Source: an uncultured Chloroflexia bacterium (lineage in GTDB: Bacteria > Chloroflexota > Limnocylindria > Limnocylindrales > CSP1-4). From it: a DNA stretch of 64,000 bases. A program made the position numbers and the translations under genes. Positions 34,975-45,491 of this stretch are shown in pieces. The stretch is from contig CAVYCV010000003.1 in the NCBI GenBank assembly GCA_963767165.1, positions 986,509-1,050,508 of the forward strand, written 5' to 3'. Numbering within the stretch: the stretch's first letter is position 1; every line of letters starts with the position of its first letter. Under the pieces are notes generated by a model. The model saw nothing but the letters and a program-made list of their open reading frames with translations. It was not told where the DNA came from and searched no databases.

Positions 34975-35292
34975 ATGAACCGACAGGACGAGAACAACGG
35001 ACACTCAGCGACGTCCCGGCGACCGTGCCTCGTGGGCGGATGCACCTGCAAGGACGCGCGGATCGTGTCCCGCCGTCGCGCGGCCTACTTCGCGGCGCGG
35101 GCGCGGGTGACCGGCCAAACGGCGGATCGGGTCGTCCGGGGTGAGTCAGGCTGGCATCTGCCGGGCTCGACAGAGCGTGACGTCGTCGTCTCGGCGCCGA
35201 CGTGGCACATGGGCGAGCTCAGCCTGTCGATCACGGGCCGACGACTGACGGACTTACGACAGGTCCCGCAGGGCTTCGCCAAGGAGCCATAG
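34975..35292 (+). CDS. hypothetical small protein (105 aa)
   Basis: ATG at 34975 with strong SD GAAGGAG 7 nt upstream. Cys-cluster 'CLVGGCTC'. No family recognised. Its 3' end overlaps the convergent kynureninase stop by ~38 nt. Confidence 0.35.
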   Translation: MNRQDENNGHSATSRRPCLVGGCTCKDARIVSRRRAAYFAARARVTGQTADRVVRGESGWHLPGSTERDVVVSAPTWHMGELSLSITGRRLTDLRQVPQGFAKEP

Positions 35293-36500
35293 ATCCTGGA
35301 ACGAGTTGTGGAGCGCGGTCGGAGAGACCCGGATGATGTCGGGCGCTCGGAAGTCGGCGATGACGCCGCGGCGATACAGGCTCTCGAGGACCGCCGGCGC
35401 GTTCGCGAATCGTAGTGACAGCTGGGCTCCCCGGGCGTTCGGATCGGCGGGTGTAAGGACCTCGACGCCCGTGTCCCGTAGCAGCCGCTCGAGGTAGCCG
35501 GTCAGGCGGACCGAGCGCTCGCGCAGGGCCGGCATGCCGACCTCGTCGAAGATCGCGAGCGACGCCGCCAGGGGGACCATGTTGAGGAGCGGCGAGGTCG
35601 ACATCTTCCAGGCGGCGGCACCGACGTCCGGCACGAACGGCCCCGCGGGGTCGAACCGGTGGGCGGGCACGGCGCCCCACCAGACCGTCAAGGCGCGGCA
35701 CGTCGGTCCCGGGCCCGAGGTGGCGCTCGTGGATGAAGATCGCGCCGACCGAGCCCGGGCCGCCGTTGAGGTACTTGTACGTGCACCACACGGCGAAGTC
35801 GACGCCGTCGTCGTGCAGGGCCAGCGGGACGTTGCCCGCGGCATGCGCGAGCTGCCAGCCGACCACCGCGCCGACCTCGTGGGCCGCCGCCGTCAGCCGC
35901 GCCACCGGCAACGCCTGACCGGTCGCGAAGTTCACGCCATCGAAGAGCGCGAGCGCCAAATTCGGGCCGTGCTCGGCGATCGCGCCCTCGAGATCCTCGA
36001 TGCGGACCGTGTCCTCGCCCGTTCGGGGCCCGACGACCACGAGATCCGCCTCCGGATCGAGTCCTCGCCACGCCAGGTGGCTCGTGAGCGCGTGCCGGTC
36101 GGACGGGAAGAGGGGGGCGTCGGTCAGGATCTTCCGCCGCGTGCCGTCCGGCCGGAAGAACGAGGCCAGCATCAGATGCAGGTTCACGGTCAGCGTGTTG
36201 AGGATCGCGACCTCGGCCGGTCTCGCGCCGACGATCCGTGCCATCGGCTCGCGGAATGTCTCGTCGTACGTGAACCACGGCTCGCCAGGGGCGAACCAGC
36301 CCTCGACCCCGAGATGCGCCCATCGGTCGAGCAGGGCCTCGATCGCCGGCCGGACGCCCTTCGCCTGGAGCCCCAGCGAGTTGCCGGCGAGGTAGATCGC
36401 GGGCGGCCCATCGGGTCCCTCGGGGCCATCGGGGAGCAGGAACCGGTCGCGGTAGACGCTGAGCGGATCGGCGGCGTCGAGCGCGAGCGCCTCCGCCTCC
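35254..36500 (-). CDS. kynU: kynureninase, one frameshift near 35840
   Basis: The N-terminal and core regions are in frame 35231..37528 ('LSVYRDRFLLPDG...IYLAGNSLGLQ', 'VDFAVWCTYKYLNGGPGSVGAIFIHE'). The C-terminus is in frame 35254..35844 ('STSPLLNMVPLAASLAIFDEVG...GVIADFRAPDIIRVSPTALHNSF'). Confidence 0.8.
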
Positions 36501-36510
36501 GTCGCCACGG

Positions 36511-37490
36511 TCAGCGGATGGTGTCCTGGCCGTCGTCGGCGATCAGCCGGGCGAGCTCGATCCGCGTCGGCAGGCCCGAAAGATCGCCAACAGCCGCGAC
36601 GGCCGCCGCTCCGCAGGCATTGGCCATCTTGAGCGCCGTCGCGAGGTCGTCGCCTTCGATCCGCGAGGCGATGAACCCGGCACAGAACCCGTCGCCGGCC
36701 CCGACCGGGTCGACGACGCTCGGGATGGCAGTGGCCGGGCTCCAGACGGGCTCGCCGCCGCGTTCGAGGGCGAGCGCCCCTTCGGCACCGCGCTTGACGA
36801 CCGCGAGTCCCGGGCCGAGAGCCAGGACGGCCGTCGCGAGCGCGACCGGGTCGGTCTCGTCGGTCCCGGTCACCACGGCGAGCTCGTCCGGGCTGCCGAA
36901 GACGATGTCCGAGCGCTCGACGAGCGGTCGCAAGACCGGGGCTGCCGCCTCGTCGGACCAGAGCCGACGGCGGAGGTTGACGTCGAAGCTGACGGTCATG
37001 CCCGCCTCCCTGGCGAGGTCGATCGCGAGAGCCGTCGCCGCTCTGGCCGTGTCGGACAGCGCCGGGGTGATCCCGGTCAGGTGCAGCCAGCGGCCCTCGC
37101 CGAACACGCCGTCGGCCTGGGCGCGCCGGACGTCGTCGGGAGTGACGCGCGAGCCGGCCGAGCCGGTCCTCGCGTAGACGACCTCGGCGGCGCCGAGCAC
37201 CCGCCGCTCGCGAAGCATCAATCCGGTCGTCGCGGCCGGATCGACCTCGAGCTGGCTGACGTCGACGCCCTCGCCTCGAAGTCGACGGACGATGGCGGCG
37301 CCGAACCCGTCGCCACCGACGCGACCGATGTAGACCGCGGTATGGCCGAGTCGAGCCAGACCGACCGCGACATTCGCCTCGGCGCCGGCGATGTGGCGCT
37401 CGAACAGCGCGGCCTCGGCAAGCGAGCCCGGTTGTGACGCGATCAACGAGATGAGGCACTCGCCGAGGGTCACGACCTCGGGGGTGGTCA
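36511..37490 (-). CDS. PfkB-family sugar kinase (2-dehydro-3-deoxygluconokinase/ketodeoxygalactonate kinase-like)
   Basis: Probable GTG start 'VTTPEVVTLGECLI'. Ribokinase-family motif 'TGLMLRER' and the C-terminal 'DPVGAGDGFCAGFI' anion hole/GAGD motif are present. Confidence 0.8.
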
Positions 37491-38110
37491 CGTCGCGCGA
37501 CCCGCCCGAGCCGCCGCGACGACCGCAACGACCTGGCGGGCGCGGGCTGTCACGCCCGCGGGATCCGCGTCGCCGACGAGCCAGCTGCCCAGCCCGACGG
37601 CGACCGCGCCGGCCGCGATGAACGAGCCGGCCGTCTCGGCGGTCACCCCGCCGGTCGGCACGACCGGGATGTCGGGGAACGGCCCGGCGAGTTCGCGGAT
37701 GAAGCTCGGTCCGAGCGACGATGCCGGGAAGAGCTTCACGGCCGCGGCACCCGCCCGCCACGCGGCGAGGACCTCGGTCGGGGTCGCGGCGCCCGGGAGG
37801 GTGGGGATCCCGCGCTCGGCGGCCCACGCGACAAGCTCGGCGTCGGTGTGCGGCATGACCAGGAACGTGGCTCCCGCGTCGACCGCGTTCCGGGCGGCCG
37901 AGATCGAGAGCACCGTGCCGGCCCCGATCGCGAGGCCCGCGCTCCGTGACCCGCCGGCGACCGCCGCGATGGCGCGGTAGGCGCGCACGACCGGCTCGTT
38001 GAGCGTGATCTCGAAGGCCCGGACGCCGCCTTCGGCCAGGGCTGACGCCACGTCGGGCGCGTGGGCCGGGTCGAGGCGCCGGGCGATGGCGACGACCCCG
38101 CCCGCCATCA
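37488..38110 (-). CDS. eda: KDPG/KDPGal aldolase (Eda family)
   Basis: 'GGVVAIARRLDP', 'GVRAFEITLNEP', 'IGAGTVLS', 'GATFLVMPH' and 'VKLFPAS' are typical class I KDPG aldolase motifs. Its stop overlaps the kinase start, consistent with an operon. Confidence 0.75.
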
Positions 38111-38532
38111 GGCCGGCCGGGATCGCCGGTCGCGATGTCGAAACGGTCACGCGGTCCGATCCTCCCTCGTGGTGTCGCTGGTCCGCGGACAGCGTAGCGC
38201 CGACCGGGCTGCCCCACGTGACCTCCGGCGAGCACCGTCGGGACCATCGGATTCGGTCGCCTGGGCGCCTCGCGGGCGAAGATGCAGGCATGGATCGAGA
38301 GCCCGCCATCGAACCGACGAGCGACGAGAGTCGCGAGCGCCTGCTGGCGACGCTGCTGCCCGTGCTCGTCGCGTACGAGGCCAGATACGACCTTCCGTCC
38401 GCCAGCGTGCCGGCCGAGCTCCGGGCCGGCCGCCTGCGCGAGACCGAGGACGTCCGCGACTGGCTCGAGATCTGGCAGACGTGCCGCGCCCTCGTCCGAG
38501 GGTCGACGACGCACGGCTGACCGGCCCGCGGC

Positions 38533-38745
38533 TCAGCCGCGCAGGAACGCCTTGAGCGCTCGGGTGACCGGGCGGATGAGGATCAGCCCCACGACCACGG
38601 CGGCGACCCCGACCAGTCCGTGGGGCATCCCGTTGATCGTCTCGAAGTTGCCGACCCCCTGACCGATCGTGGCCACGTCGATCGGCCCCTCATCTGCGGT
38701 CGGTGGCGGCTCTGTCCGGGGTGGGACCCGCTTCTGTCGTGCCAT
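38533..38745 (-). CDS. hypothetical small membrane protein (70 aa)
   Basis: Single hydrophobic helix 'GLVGVAAVVVGLILI'. No homology recognised. Confidence 0.3.
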   Translation of the reverse strand: MARQKRVPPRTEPPPTADEGPIDVATIGQGVGNFETINGMPHGLVGVAAVVVGLILIRPVTRALKAFLRG

Positions 38746-38774
38746 CGGTCGAGCCTACGCCTGACGATCGGGGG

Positions 38775-38822
38775 TTGACAACGTCACGTCGCGGCGTATA
38801 GTACCGATAGGTTATATAACCA
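38775..38822 (+). promoter_or_regulatory. putative sigma70-type promoter (TTGACA-16nt-TATAGT) followed by a perfect 12-bp palindrome GGTTATATAACC (candidate ArsR operator)
   Basis: TTGACA at 38775-38780, TATAGT at 38797-38802, and the palindrome at 38810-38821 immediately before the ArsR start at 38827/38830. Locally AT-rich in a ~72% GC background. Confidence 0.5.
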
Positions 38823-38826
38823 AGAA

Positions 38827-39192
38827 GTGATGGACATGCAGCAGACCGACCCCCTCAGCACGACGTTCGCCGCCCTGGCCGATCCGACTCGGCGGGCGAT
38901 CCTGGCCAGACTCGCCACAGGCGAGGCCTCGGTCACGGAGCTCGCCGCGCCGTTCGACATGAGCCAGCCCGCCATCTCGAAGCATCTCCGGGTGCTGGAA
39001 CGGGCAGGGCTCATCGAGCAGGGTCGCCAGGCGCAGTGGCGGCCGCGGCGTCTGAAGGCCGGACCGCTGCGGGACATCGCGGACTGGGTCGATCAGTACC
39101 GCCGACATTGGGAGGAGAGCTTCGAACGGCTGGACGCATATCTCCGCGACCTTCAGGAAACGCAGGAACCGCACGAGCAGGAAAAGGGGTAA
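38827..39192 (+). CDS. ArsR/SmtB family transcriptional regulator
   Basis: 'ALADPTRRAILARLATGEASVTELAAPFDMSQPAISKHLRVLERAGLI' is a canonical ArsR HTH. Confidence 0.85.
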   Translation: MMDMQQTDPLSTTFAALADPTRRAILARLATGEASVTELAAPFDMSQPAISKHLRVLERAGLIEQGRQAQWRPRRLKAGPLRDIADWVDQYRRHWEESFERLDAYLRDLQETQEPHEQEKG

Positions 39193-39194
39193 CG

Positions 39195-39698
39195 ATGATG
39201 ACCGCGACGCGAATCGACCGGGGCAGCACCGACACGACGACCATCTACTCGGAGGGCGGCGACCTCGTCTTCGAGCGCACCTTCGACGCACCGCGCGAGT
39301 GGGTCTGGCAGGCCCTGACGGACCCGACGCAGATCCCGCGCTGGTGGGGCCCGCATGGCACCACCACCAGGGTGGCCGAGATGGACGTCCGGCAAGGTGG
39401 CAAATGGCGCTACGTCAGCTCCGCACCGGATCGGGAGGACGTCGAGTTCTTCGGGGAGTACCTGGAGATCGACCCGCCCAAGGGCTTCAAGTGGACGTTC
39501 ATGTTCGAAATCGAGGGTCTCGGCGCCCAGGGTGGCCCCGAGACGTTCACCCTCGAGGATCTCGGTGGGCGGACGAAGGTCCGCTCGGTCGGCCATATGG
39601 GCTCGGCGGAGATCATCGATGGCGCACTGGCGACCGGCATGGTCGGCGGCGCGATCGAGACCTGGGACCGCCTCGCGGCCCTCCTCGCCGAACGCTAG
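39195..39698 (+). CDS. SRPBCC family, AHSA1 (activator of Hsp90 ATPase homolog)-like domain protein
   Basis: Starts 3 nt after the ArsR stop. 'FERTFDAPREWVWQALTDPTQIPRWWGP' is a typical AHSA1/START-like N-terminus. Confidence 0.8.
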   Translation: MMTATRIDRGSTDTTTIYSEGGDLVFERTFDAPREWVWQALTDPTQIPRWWGPHGTTTRVAEMDVRQGGKWRYVSSAPDREDVEFFGEYLEIDPPKGFKWTFMFEIEGLGAQGGPETFTLEDLGGRTKVRSVGHMGSAEIIDGALATGMVGGAIETWDRLAALLAER

Positions 39699-39773
39699 GA
39701 CACTTCCGGCGCCGGTCGTTCCCTCAGCGAGGGACGGTCGGCGCCTCCGCATGTGCGGCTGCCGCCGGGCGGG

Positions 39774-40742
39774 TCACGACGGCGCCGGATCCGACGAGGT
39801 GGGGGATTGCGGCACCTTGATGACGATGGCCGAGTCGTCGGCGTCGGTGACCTCGAGCCGGACGTGGAAGCCTCGGTCGTGTGGCCAGGTCGGGGTCTCC
39901 TGGCCGGGCGAGGCCTTGGGGTCGGGCGTCGGGAGGGGCTTGGGCGTGCAGTCGATCGTGACCGCCAGCAGGTAGCCGCCGTCGGTCGCGACCCACACGT
40001 CGGCGCTCCACTTCCCCTGCATCTTGATCGTCGACTCGTAGGCCTTCAGGCCGGCCTTGGTCGCGCGGTAGTGGATCGCGTCCACGCCTGCGTGCCGTTC
40101 CGGTCCGACGCGGACATACGCATCGGCGAAGGGCGCGACGACGCGGGTCGCGATCCCCTCGGGCATGAAGACCGCGGACACGATGTCGAGCGTTTCATCG
40201 GTCATCTTCATCGACACCGCGTCCTTGCCGGGCATGATCCCCCAGCCGAGATCCCCGATGACGACGTATCGGGACGAGAAGCCGGTGGCGCCATCGAAGG
40301 CGGATTCGAGCATGCGGGTCCCTGCCTCGATGTCGAAGGCCGTCACCGGTGCCGTGGTGAGTGAACCTCGTGCGCCGACATCGAGATACCGATCGGCGCC
40401 CAGCTCGATCATGACCCGGCCGGTCGAGGAGAGTTCGAACCGGTAAGCGCGCAGGCCCGCGAGGTTCTGTGTCGCGTCGATGACCTCGGCGGCGGCCGCC
40501 GGGTCGCCGCCCTCGATCGCGATCGGCGACGGGCCGGGCGGGACCGTTTGTGGGGCCTGGGTGGGGCGCGGCTTCGTGGTCGGGGTCGGGACCGGTCGCT
40601 GGGTCGGCCGGGGGGTCGGCCTTGAGGTCAGCGCGGGGACCGGGGTCAACGGGGCGGCGGTCGTGGCGGTAGGCGTCTCGACACAGGCGGCGACCAGCGC
40701 CGTGCACAGGAGGAAGGTGAGGATGGGCCACCGCGATCGCAT
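39774..40742 (-). CDS. hypothetical lipoprotein with Pro/Thr-rich linker
   Basis: Signal peptide plus lipobox 'LVAAC', a 'PTPRPTQRPVPTPTTKPRPTQAP' linker, then a ~230-aa globular domain with no recognised family. Confidence 0.5.
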   Translation of the reverse strand: MRSRWPILTFLLCTALVAACVETPTATTAAPLTPVPALTSRPTPRPTQRPVPTPTTKPRPTQAPQTVPPGPSPIAIEGGDPAAAAEVIDATQNLAGLRAYRFELSSTGRVMIELGADRYLDVGARGSLTTAPVTAFDIEAGTRMLESAFDGATGFSSRYVVIGDLGWGIMPGKDAVSMKMTDETLDIVSAVFMPEGIATRVVAPFADAYVRVGPERHAGVDAIHYRATKAGLKAYESTIKMQGKWSADVWVATDGGYLLAVTIDCTPKPLPTPDPKASPGQETPTWPHDRGFHVRLEVTDADDSAIVIKVPQSPTSSDPAPS

Positions 40743-40886
40743 CGACCGAGGCTAGGTGCGAATCGCGCCGGTGAAGATGGCCCGGAAGTTTGGCGGCTCG
40801 GCGGTCCCGTGCGAGGTTCCGGTGATGCCCGCCCCGAAACGGTTCGATCTCGGCCGGACGAAGCGTCCGACCGAGTCATCTCGGAA

Positions 40887-41135
40887 CTAGACGCCTGGCT
40901 CCACCTTGTAGAGCGTGTGGGCCTCGAGGCCGTGGGCCTCACGGTGGACGCGTGTCGCTGTCTCGCGATCGGGGGCATCGACAAGGCAGAAGACCTTGCC
41001 GGACTCCTCGTCGACCCAGTACTGCTTGTAGTCGACGCCGTAGTCGCCCTGGACGCGAACGTCGGCGGCGTGGGCTCCAGCCACGTCTTCGGCCTTCACA
41101 CCCGGAAGGTCATGGATATCGATGTAGGTGGGCAC
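40887..41135 (-). CDS. DUF4242 domain protein
   Basis: 82 aa, 'MPTYIDIHDLPGV...'. Family assignment by recall of the characteristic N-terminus. Confidence 0.55.
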   Translation of the reverse strand: MPTYIDIHDLPGVKAEDVAGAHAADVRVQGDYGVDYKQYWVDEESGKVFCLVDAPDRETATRVHREAHGLEAHTLYKVEPGV

Positions 41136-41265
41136 GTCGAGTGTCTCCTGTCGGGTGGGGTGCGCGTTGGTTGCGCTGGCAACTTGCCACGTGATCGATT
41201 ACGCCCCAATTCGAGTGCCGGTTTCGGTCGGTGCGAGGGTCGCGACGCCGTACGATGCGTCGCGA

Positions 41266-41849
41266 TGTTCGAGATCGAGGAAGCGATCGAGATCGGATGC
41301 TCGGCCGCCGAGGCATGGGCGATGCTCATCGACTTCCCGGGTGTCCCGGCCTGGGAGGACGGCGTCCTCGAGGTGCGTCAGACATCGCCAGGTCCGCCAT
41401 CGGTCGGGACGACGCTCGTCGCGCGTCGCGCCTACGGACCCTGGCAGACCGACGTCGACTGCCGTATCACCGATTGGCAGGAGGGCCGCTCGGTGACGAT
41501 GGAGATCCTGGGCGGACCGACGACTCGCGCGACCGCCCGCTACGCCGTGGAACCGATGGGCGACGGAGCTTGCCTCGTCACATACACAGGCAGCGGCCAG
41601 ATGCGGCCGCTGCTGGTGGCTCTCGCCGATCATCCCGTCCGCGGGCCGACGGCTGGTTCGCTCGAACCTCGAGAGGCTGAAGCTCCGGCTCGGAGAAGCG
41701 CTACAGGTGGCTGGTTAGGCGGTCCGGGTCGTGCGACGAGCCGCGGAAGGCTTCAACTGAGCGGCTCGCTACGATGTCGACATGGCGATCGGCCGGTTGT
41801 CCGCTGGTGGGCGGCCGCGCTTCGCCGGATCGCCTCTGAGGTTCTCTAG
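41266..41849 (+). CDS. SRPBCC (polyketide cyclase/dehydrase-like) domain protein; C-terminal extent uncertain
   Basis: 'MFEIEEAIEIGCSAAEAWAMLIDFPGVPAWEDGV' is a START/Bet v1-like N-terminus. The ORF runs to 41849, but the last ~50 aa are low complexity. Confidence 0.55.
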
Positions 41850-41867
41850 ACTCGTCGGCGCTCGTGC

Positions 41868-42545
41868 CTAGTCGACGTACTGCAGCGGCGTGACCACGAA
41901 GTCGTCCGGGAGCCTCACCCCGGTCGAGTGATTCGGGCAGTAGCCGCGGGGATTCTTGTCGAGGTACTGCTGGTGGTAGTCCTCGGCGTAATAGAACGGG
42001 TAGTCCTTGGCGTCGACGATCTCGGTCGTGATCGTGCCGTAGCCCGCCTTCGACAGCTGTTCCTGGTACATCGCCTCGGAGGCTTCGGCCGCAGCCCGCT
42101 GCTCGTCGTCGGCGACGATGATGATCGAGCGGTAGCTGGTGCCCGTGTCGTTGCCCTGACGCATGCCCTGGGTGGGGTCGTGCGCCTCCCAGAAGGTCTT
42201 GAGCAGCTGCTCGTAGGTGATCCTGGTGGGGTCGTAGGCGACCTGGACGACCTCGGCGTGACCGGTCCGCTCCGAGCAGACCTCCTCGTACGTCGGGTTC
42301 GGGGTGTGGCCACCGGCATAGCCGACGGCCGTCGTCACGACGCCGGGGAGCTGCCAGAAGTCCTTCTCATCACCCCAGAAGCAGCCAAGGCCGAAGACTG
42401 CGGTCTTCGTGCCCGCGGGCCATGGGCCGGCGATCGGCGTGCCGAGGACCCGGTGGAGACCGGGCTTCATGATCGGTGCGGAGCGGCCGGGGAGGGCTTC
42501 GGCGGGGGAGGGGATGGACTTGGAGCTGGCGTTGAAGAACCTCAT
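41868..42545 (-). CDS. msrA: peptide methionine sulfoxide reductase MsrA
   Basis: Active site 'GLGCFWG' and a conserved C-terminal region. The true start may be the internal Met at ~42470 ('MKPGLHRV'). Confidence 0.9.
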   Translation of the reverse strand: MRFFNASSKSIPSPAEALPGRSAPIMKPGLHRVLGTPIAGPWPAGTKTAVFGLGCFWGDEKDFWQLPGVVTTAVGYAGGHTPNPTYEEVCSERTGHAEVVQVAYDPTRITYEQLLKTFWEAHDPTQGMRQGNDTGTSYRSIIIVADDEQRAAAEASEAMYQEQLSKAGYGTITTEIVDAKDYPFYYAEDYHQQYLDKNPRGYCPNHSTGVRLPDDFVVTPLQYVD

Positions 42546-42784
42546 GCCGGAAGTCTAGTCCGGGTCCGTGACGAGGTCGTGACGAGCAGGGCCGATCGGG
42601 CGCGGTGGCTGAGAGCCAGCGATTCGCGACCGAAGCTCGTCAGCACGGGTCGGACACGTCGTTCCGGTGGCGCTCCGCCAGCGGCAGGCGGGGAGGGTGT
42701 GCGACTCGAGGGCTTGCGCCCAGAATCGTTGGTGCCCAGCCAGCACGCGGCGTCCGCGTCAGGATCTCCGCCAGATATCCGTCG

Positions 42785-42928
42785 GGTGACTGTTAGGCGG
42801 CCTCCGGGCGCACGGACGGGGTCGGTTCCCGGCTCGATCGGCTGCAATATGCAGGCCGACGCATGAAGACACGACGGCTGAGCGGCCAGCAACCCCGTTC
42901 GGCGTCGGGACAATGCCTAACAGTCACC
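42785..42928. repeat. 144-bp element bounded by perfect 14-bp inverted repeats (GGTGACTGTTAGGC ... GCCTAACAGTCACC) with a nested 7-bp IR (CCGACGC/GCGTCGG); candidate structured RNA or miniature IR element in the msrA upstream / carboxypeptidase downstream intergenic region
   Basis: Direct reading gives IR arms at 42785-42798 and 42915-42928, with the inner IR at 42856-42862 and 42902-42908. Confidence 0.4.
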
Positions 42929-42968
42929 TGGTGAGAATCTGGCAAAGAAAGGGCGCCCCCCGCCGCGC

Positions 42969-44583
42969 CTACGACCCGCGCGTCACCCGCACGTCGTCGA
43001 TCTCGGCCTCGACCAGGTTGGCCACCCCGCCATCGGTCGCGACGAACCGGATCCGCACGGTCTGGCCCGCGAACGCATCCAGCCCGATCGACGCGGTCCG
43101 CCAGGCCCCATCGACATCCGCCGCGCTCCCGAGCCGCGTCCACACGACCGTCTGCACGCCGCCGACCTCCACGATCGCCCGCAGCGAATCGGCGGACGAC
43201 GACTTCGCATCGTGCGCGAACACGTACCGGAAGGTCAGCCGCTGGCCGAGGGTCGCCGGGAGAACGATCGCAGGCGACCGCAGCGTCGTGACCCCGTCGA
43301 GGTCGCCACTCGTCGCCTTCGCGCCCGCCTTCGCACCCGTCACGAACGCCTTCGAACCCGATGTCGTCGTGCCGCGCTGCTTCGGGCCGGACCGGGACGT
43401 CGGCTCCGGGTTGGTCCGGCTGAAGTGCGCGGCCGCCGGCGCGGTGTCCGTCCCGTCCGGGTCGCGCGACCACCCACGTGCGACCTCGAGATCGTCATCG
43501 AACGCGCCGCATCGTGCCGCCCGGATGGTCGCGCCCAGCGCCCCCAGCGGACACCACGCCCGCTCCAGGAGATACAGCACGGTCCCCTTGTTCCGTCCCG
43601 TCTCGCTCGCGATCTTCGAGGGCTTCGGGTAGGCCGTCACCGACATCTCGATCGTGTACGCGAAGATCCGGTACGTCCCGTACTCGAAGTCGCGCGAGGT
43701 GCCCGAGCTGATGTACAGGTCGCTCGCCTGCTCGGGCTTGTAGCCGCTGAACGAGGCCATCTTTCGACCGATCCGGGCGAGCGCCGCGCGATCGTCGGTG
43801 GTCATGTCGCTCGGCACATTGGTCTTCGTGTAGCCGTACGGCCACATCACGAGCCGCCCGGTCTCGTGGAAGCTGATGCCCATCCGGATCTGCTGGCGGC
43901 CACCGATGACCCGGCTCGCGAGGAAGTCGCGGAACGCCCGGGCCTCGGGAGTCGAGAACGCCTTGGTGCCGCGATAGGTGATCGCCCGCGGGTTCGAGCT
44001 GGTCCGCCCGCCACCGCCCCAGCGGTAGCCGAAGTTCCGGTTCAGGTCCGTGCCTTTCGCGGTCGTGCCCGGGTTCGGCTGGCGGTTCTTGCGCCAGTTG
44101 TGGAACTTGCCACCCGCGATGTCGTGCGCCACGCCGTCGGGGTTGATCATGAAGACGATCCAGACCTCGCGCGTGTCGACGATGTTCGTGATCCGCGGAT
44201 CGACTCCGTAGCCGTCGGCCAGCCAATGCAGGATCTTGAGCGTCATCTCGACGCCCATGTGCTCGTCGGCGTGGATCCCACCGTCGAAGAGCACCTCGGG
44301 CTCGTCCTCGTCGACGCCGACGTTGTCCGAGATCTTGGCGGCCCACAGCTGTCGTCCGAGGTAGCTCTCGCCGATCGAGAACCGCTCGACGATCCCGGGG
44401 TGGGCGGTCTGGACCGCGGCAACGTCCGCCCCGACCTCGGCGTACGTGTGATAGGCCTCGTAGCCGGCCGGGAATTCGGCGGCGGCCAGTGCCGTCCCCG
44501 GCGCGAGGAGAGTGAGGATCAGCAGGCCGAGGGCCAGCGACGGAGGCGCGACCTTGGGCAGACAGCCGGAAGCCATGGGTTTC
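42969..44583 (-). CDS. secreted M14 family zinc carboxypeptidase (carboxypeptidase T-like) with C-terminal beta-sandwich domain
   Basis: Signal peptide present. Zn-ligand motifs 'HADEHMG' and 'NRNF', plus 'FHETG' (third His), are intact. The ORF formally extends to 44672. Confidence 0.85.
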
Positions 44584-44665
44584 ATGGTGACCGCTGGAGT
44601 CCCATGGCGCCATCCCGCCCTTCGGCCCATGCACACGGGCCGGTCGTCCCGGTAGCATCCTTGCC

Positions 44666-45491
44666 ATGCCACCCGATATCGAATCCGTCCTGTCCGTCAT
44701 CGACGCCTTCGGGGCCGAGCACGCGGCCGCCGCCCTCGTCGGTCCCGACGGGGTCATCGCGACCCACGGCGAGCCGGGCCACCGCTACGACTGGGCCTCG
44801 GTGACGAAGCCGTTCACCGCGATGACCGTGCTGATCGCGGCCGAGCGCGGCCTGCTCGACCTCGACGAGCCGGCCGGTCCGCCGGACTCGACCGTCCGGC
44901 ACCTCCTGTCGCACGCGTCCGGGCTGCCGTTCGAAGGCGAGGCGCTCCTCGGCGCCCCCGGGCGCAAGCGCATCTACTCGAACCCCGGCTTCGACCTGCT
45001 GGGCGACCTCGTGGCGTCGCGCTCGCGCAAGAGCTTCGAGTCGGCGCTCGTCACCTGGATCCTGCGGCCGCTCGAGATGGACCGGACGTTCCTGGAGGGT
45101 CGGCCCTCCGAAGGGCTGGCCGGCCCGATCCTCGACCTCGCCGCGTTCGCCCGGGAGCTGCTGCAGTCCGACGCTGCTCTCACCGGCCGGCGCCGCCGCG
45201 ATGCGCGAGGTGGCGTTCCCGGGCATCTCGGGCGTGGTCCCCGGGGTCGGCCGGTTCGACCCATGCGACTGGGGCCTCGGTGTCGAGATCCATAACGGCA
45301 AGCGGCTGCACTGGATGGGCGCGAACAACAGCCCCGCCACGTTCGGGCACTTCGGCGGCGCGGGCACGTTCCTCTGGGTCGATCCGGCCGTGGACCGCGC
45401 CCTGGTCGTCCTGACCGACCGCGGTTTCGGCGCCTGGGCCCTCGCGGCGTGGCCTGCCTTCTCCGACGCGGTGCTGACGACCCTCGTCTAA
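44666..45491 (+). CDS. serine hydrolase, beta-lactamase-related family, one frameshift near 45190
   Basis: 'WASVTKPF' (S-x-x-K active site) is in frame 44666... The C-terminal region ('FGHFGGAGTFLWVDP') is in frame 45201..45491. Confidence 0.7.

Noticed and set aside
34830-34975. Possible guanidine-II (mini-ykkC)-like riboswitch because of two ACGA motifs before the SD
   Set aside because: The ACGA tetranucleotides are not presented in the loops of two GC-clamped hairpins as required. Only a generic palindrome is present.
38290-38520. 76-aa plus-strand ORF (MDREPAIEPTSDES...) downstream of eda
   Set aside because: No SD, no recognisable family, and it lies within the tail of a longer low-complexity ORF. 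Not enough support to call.
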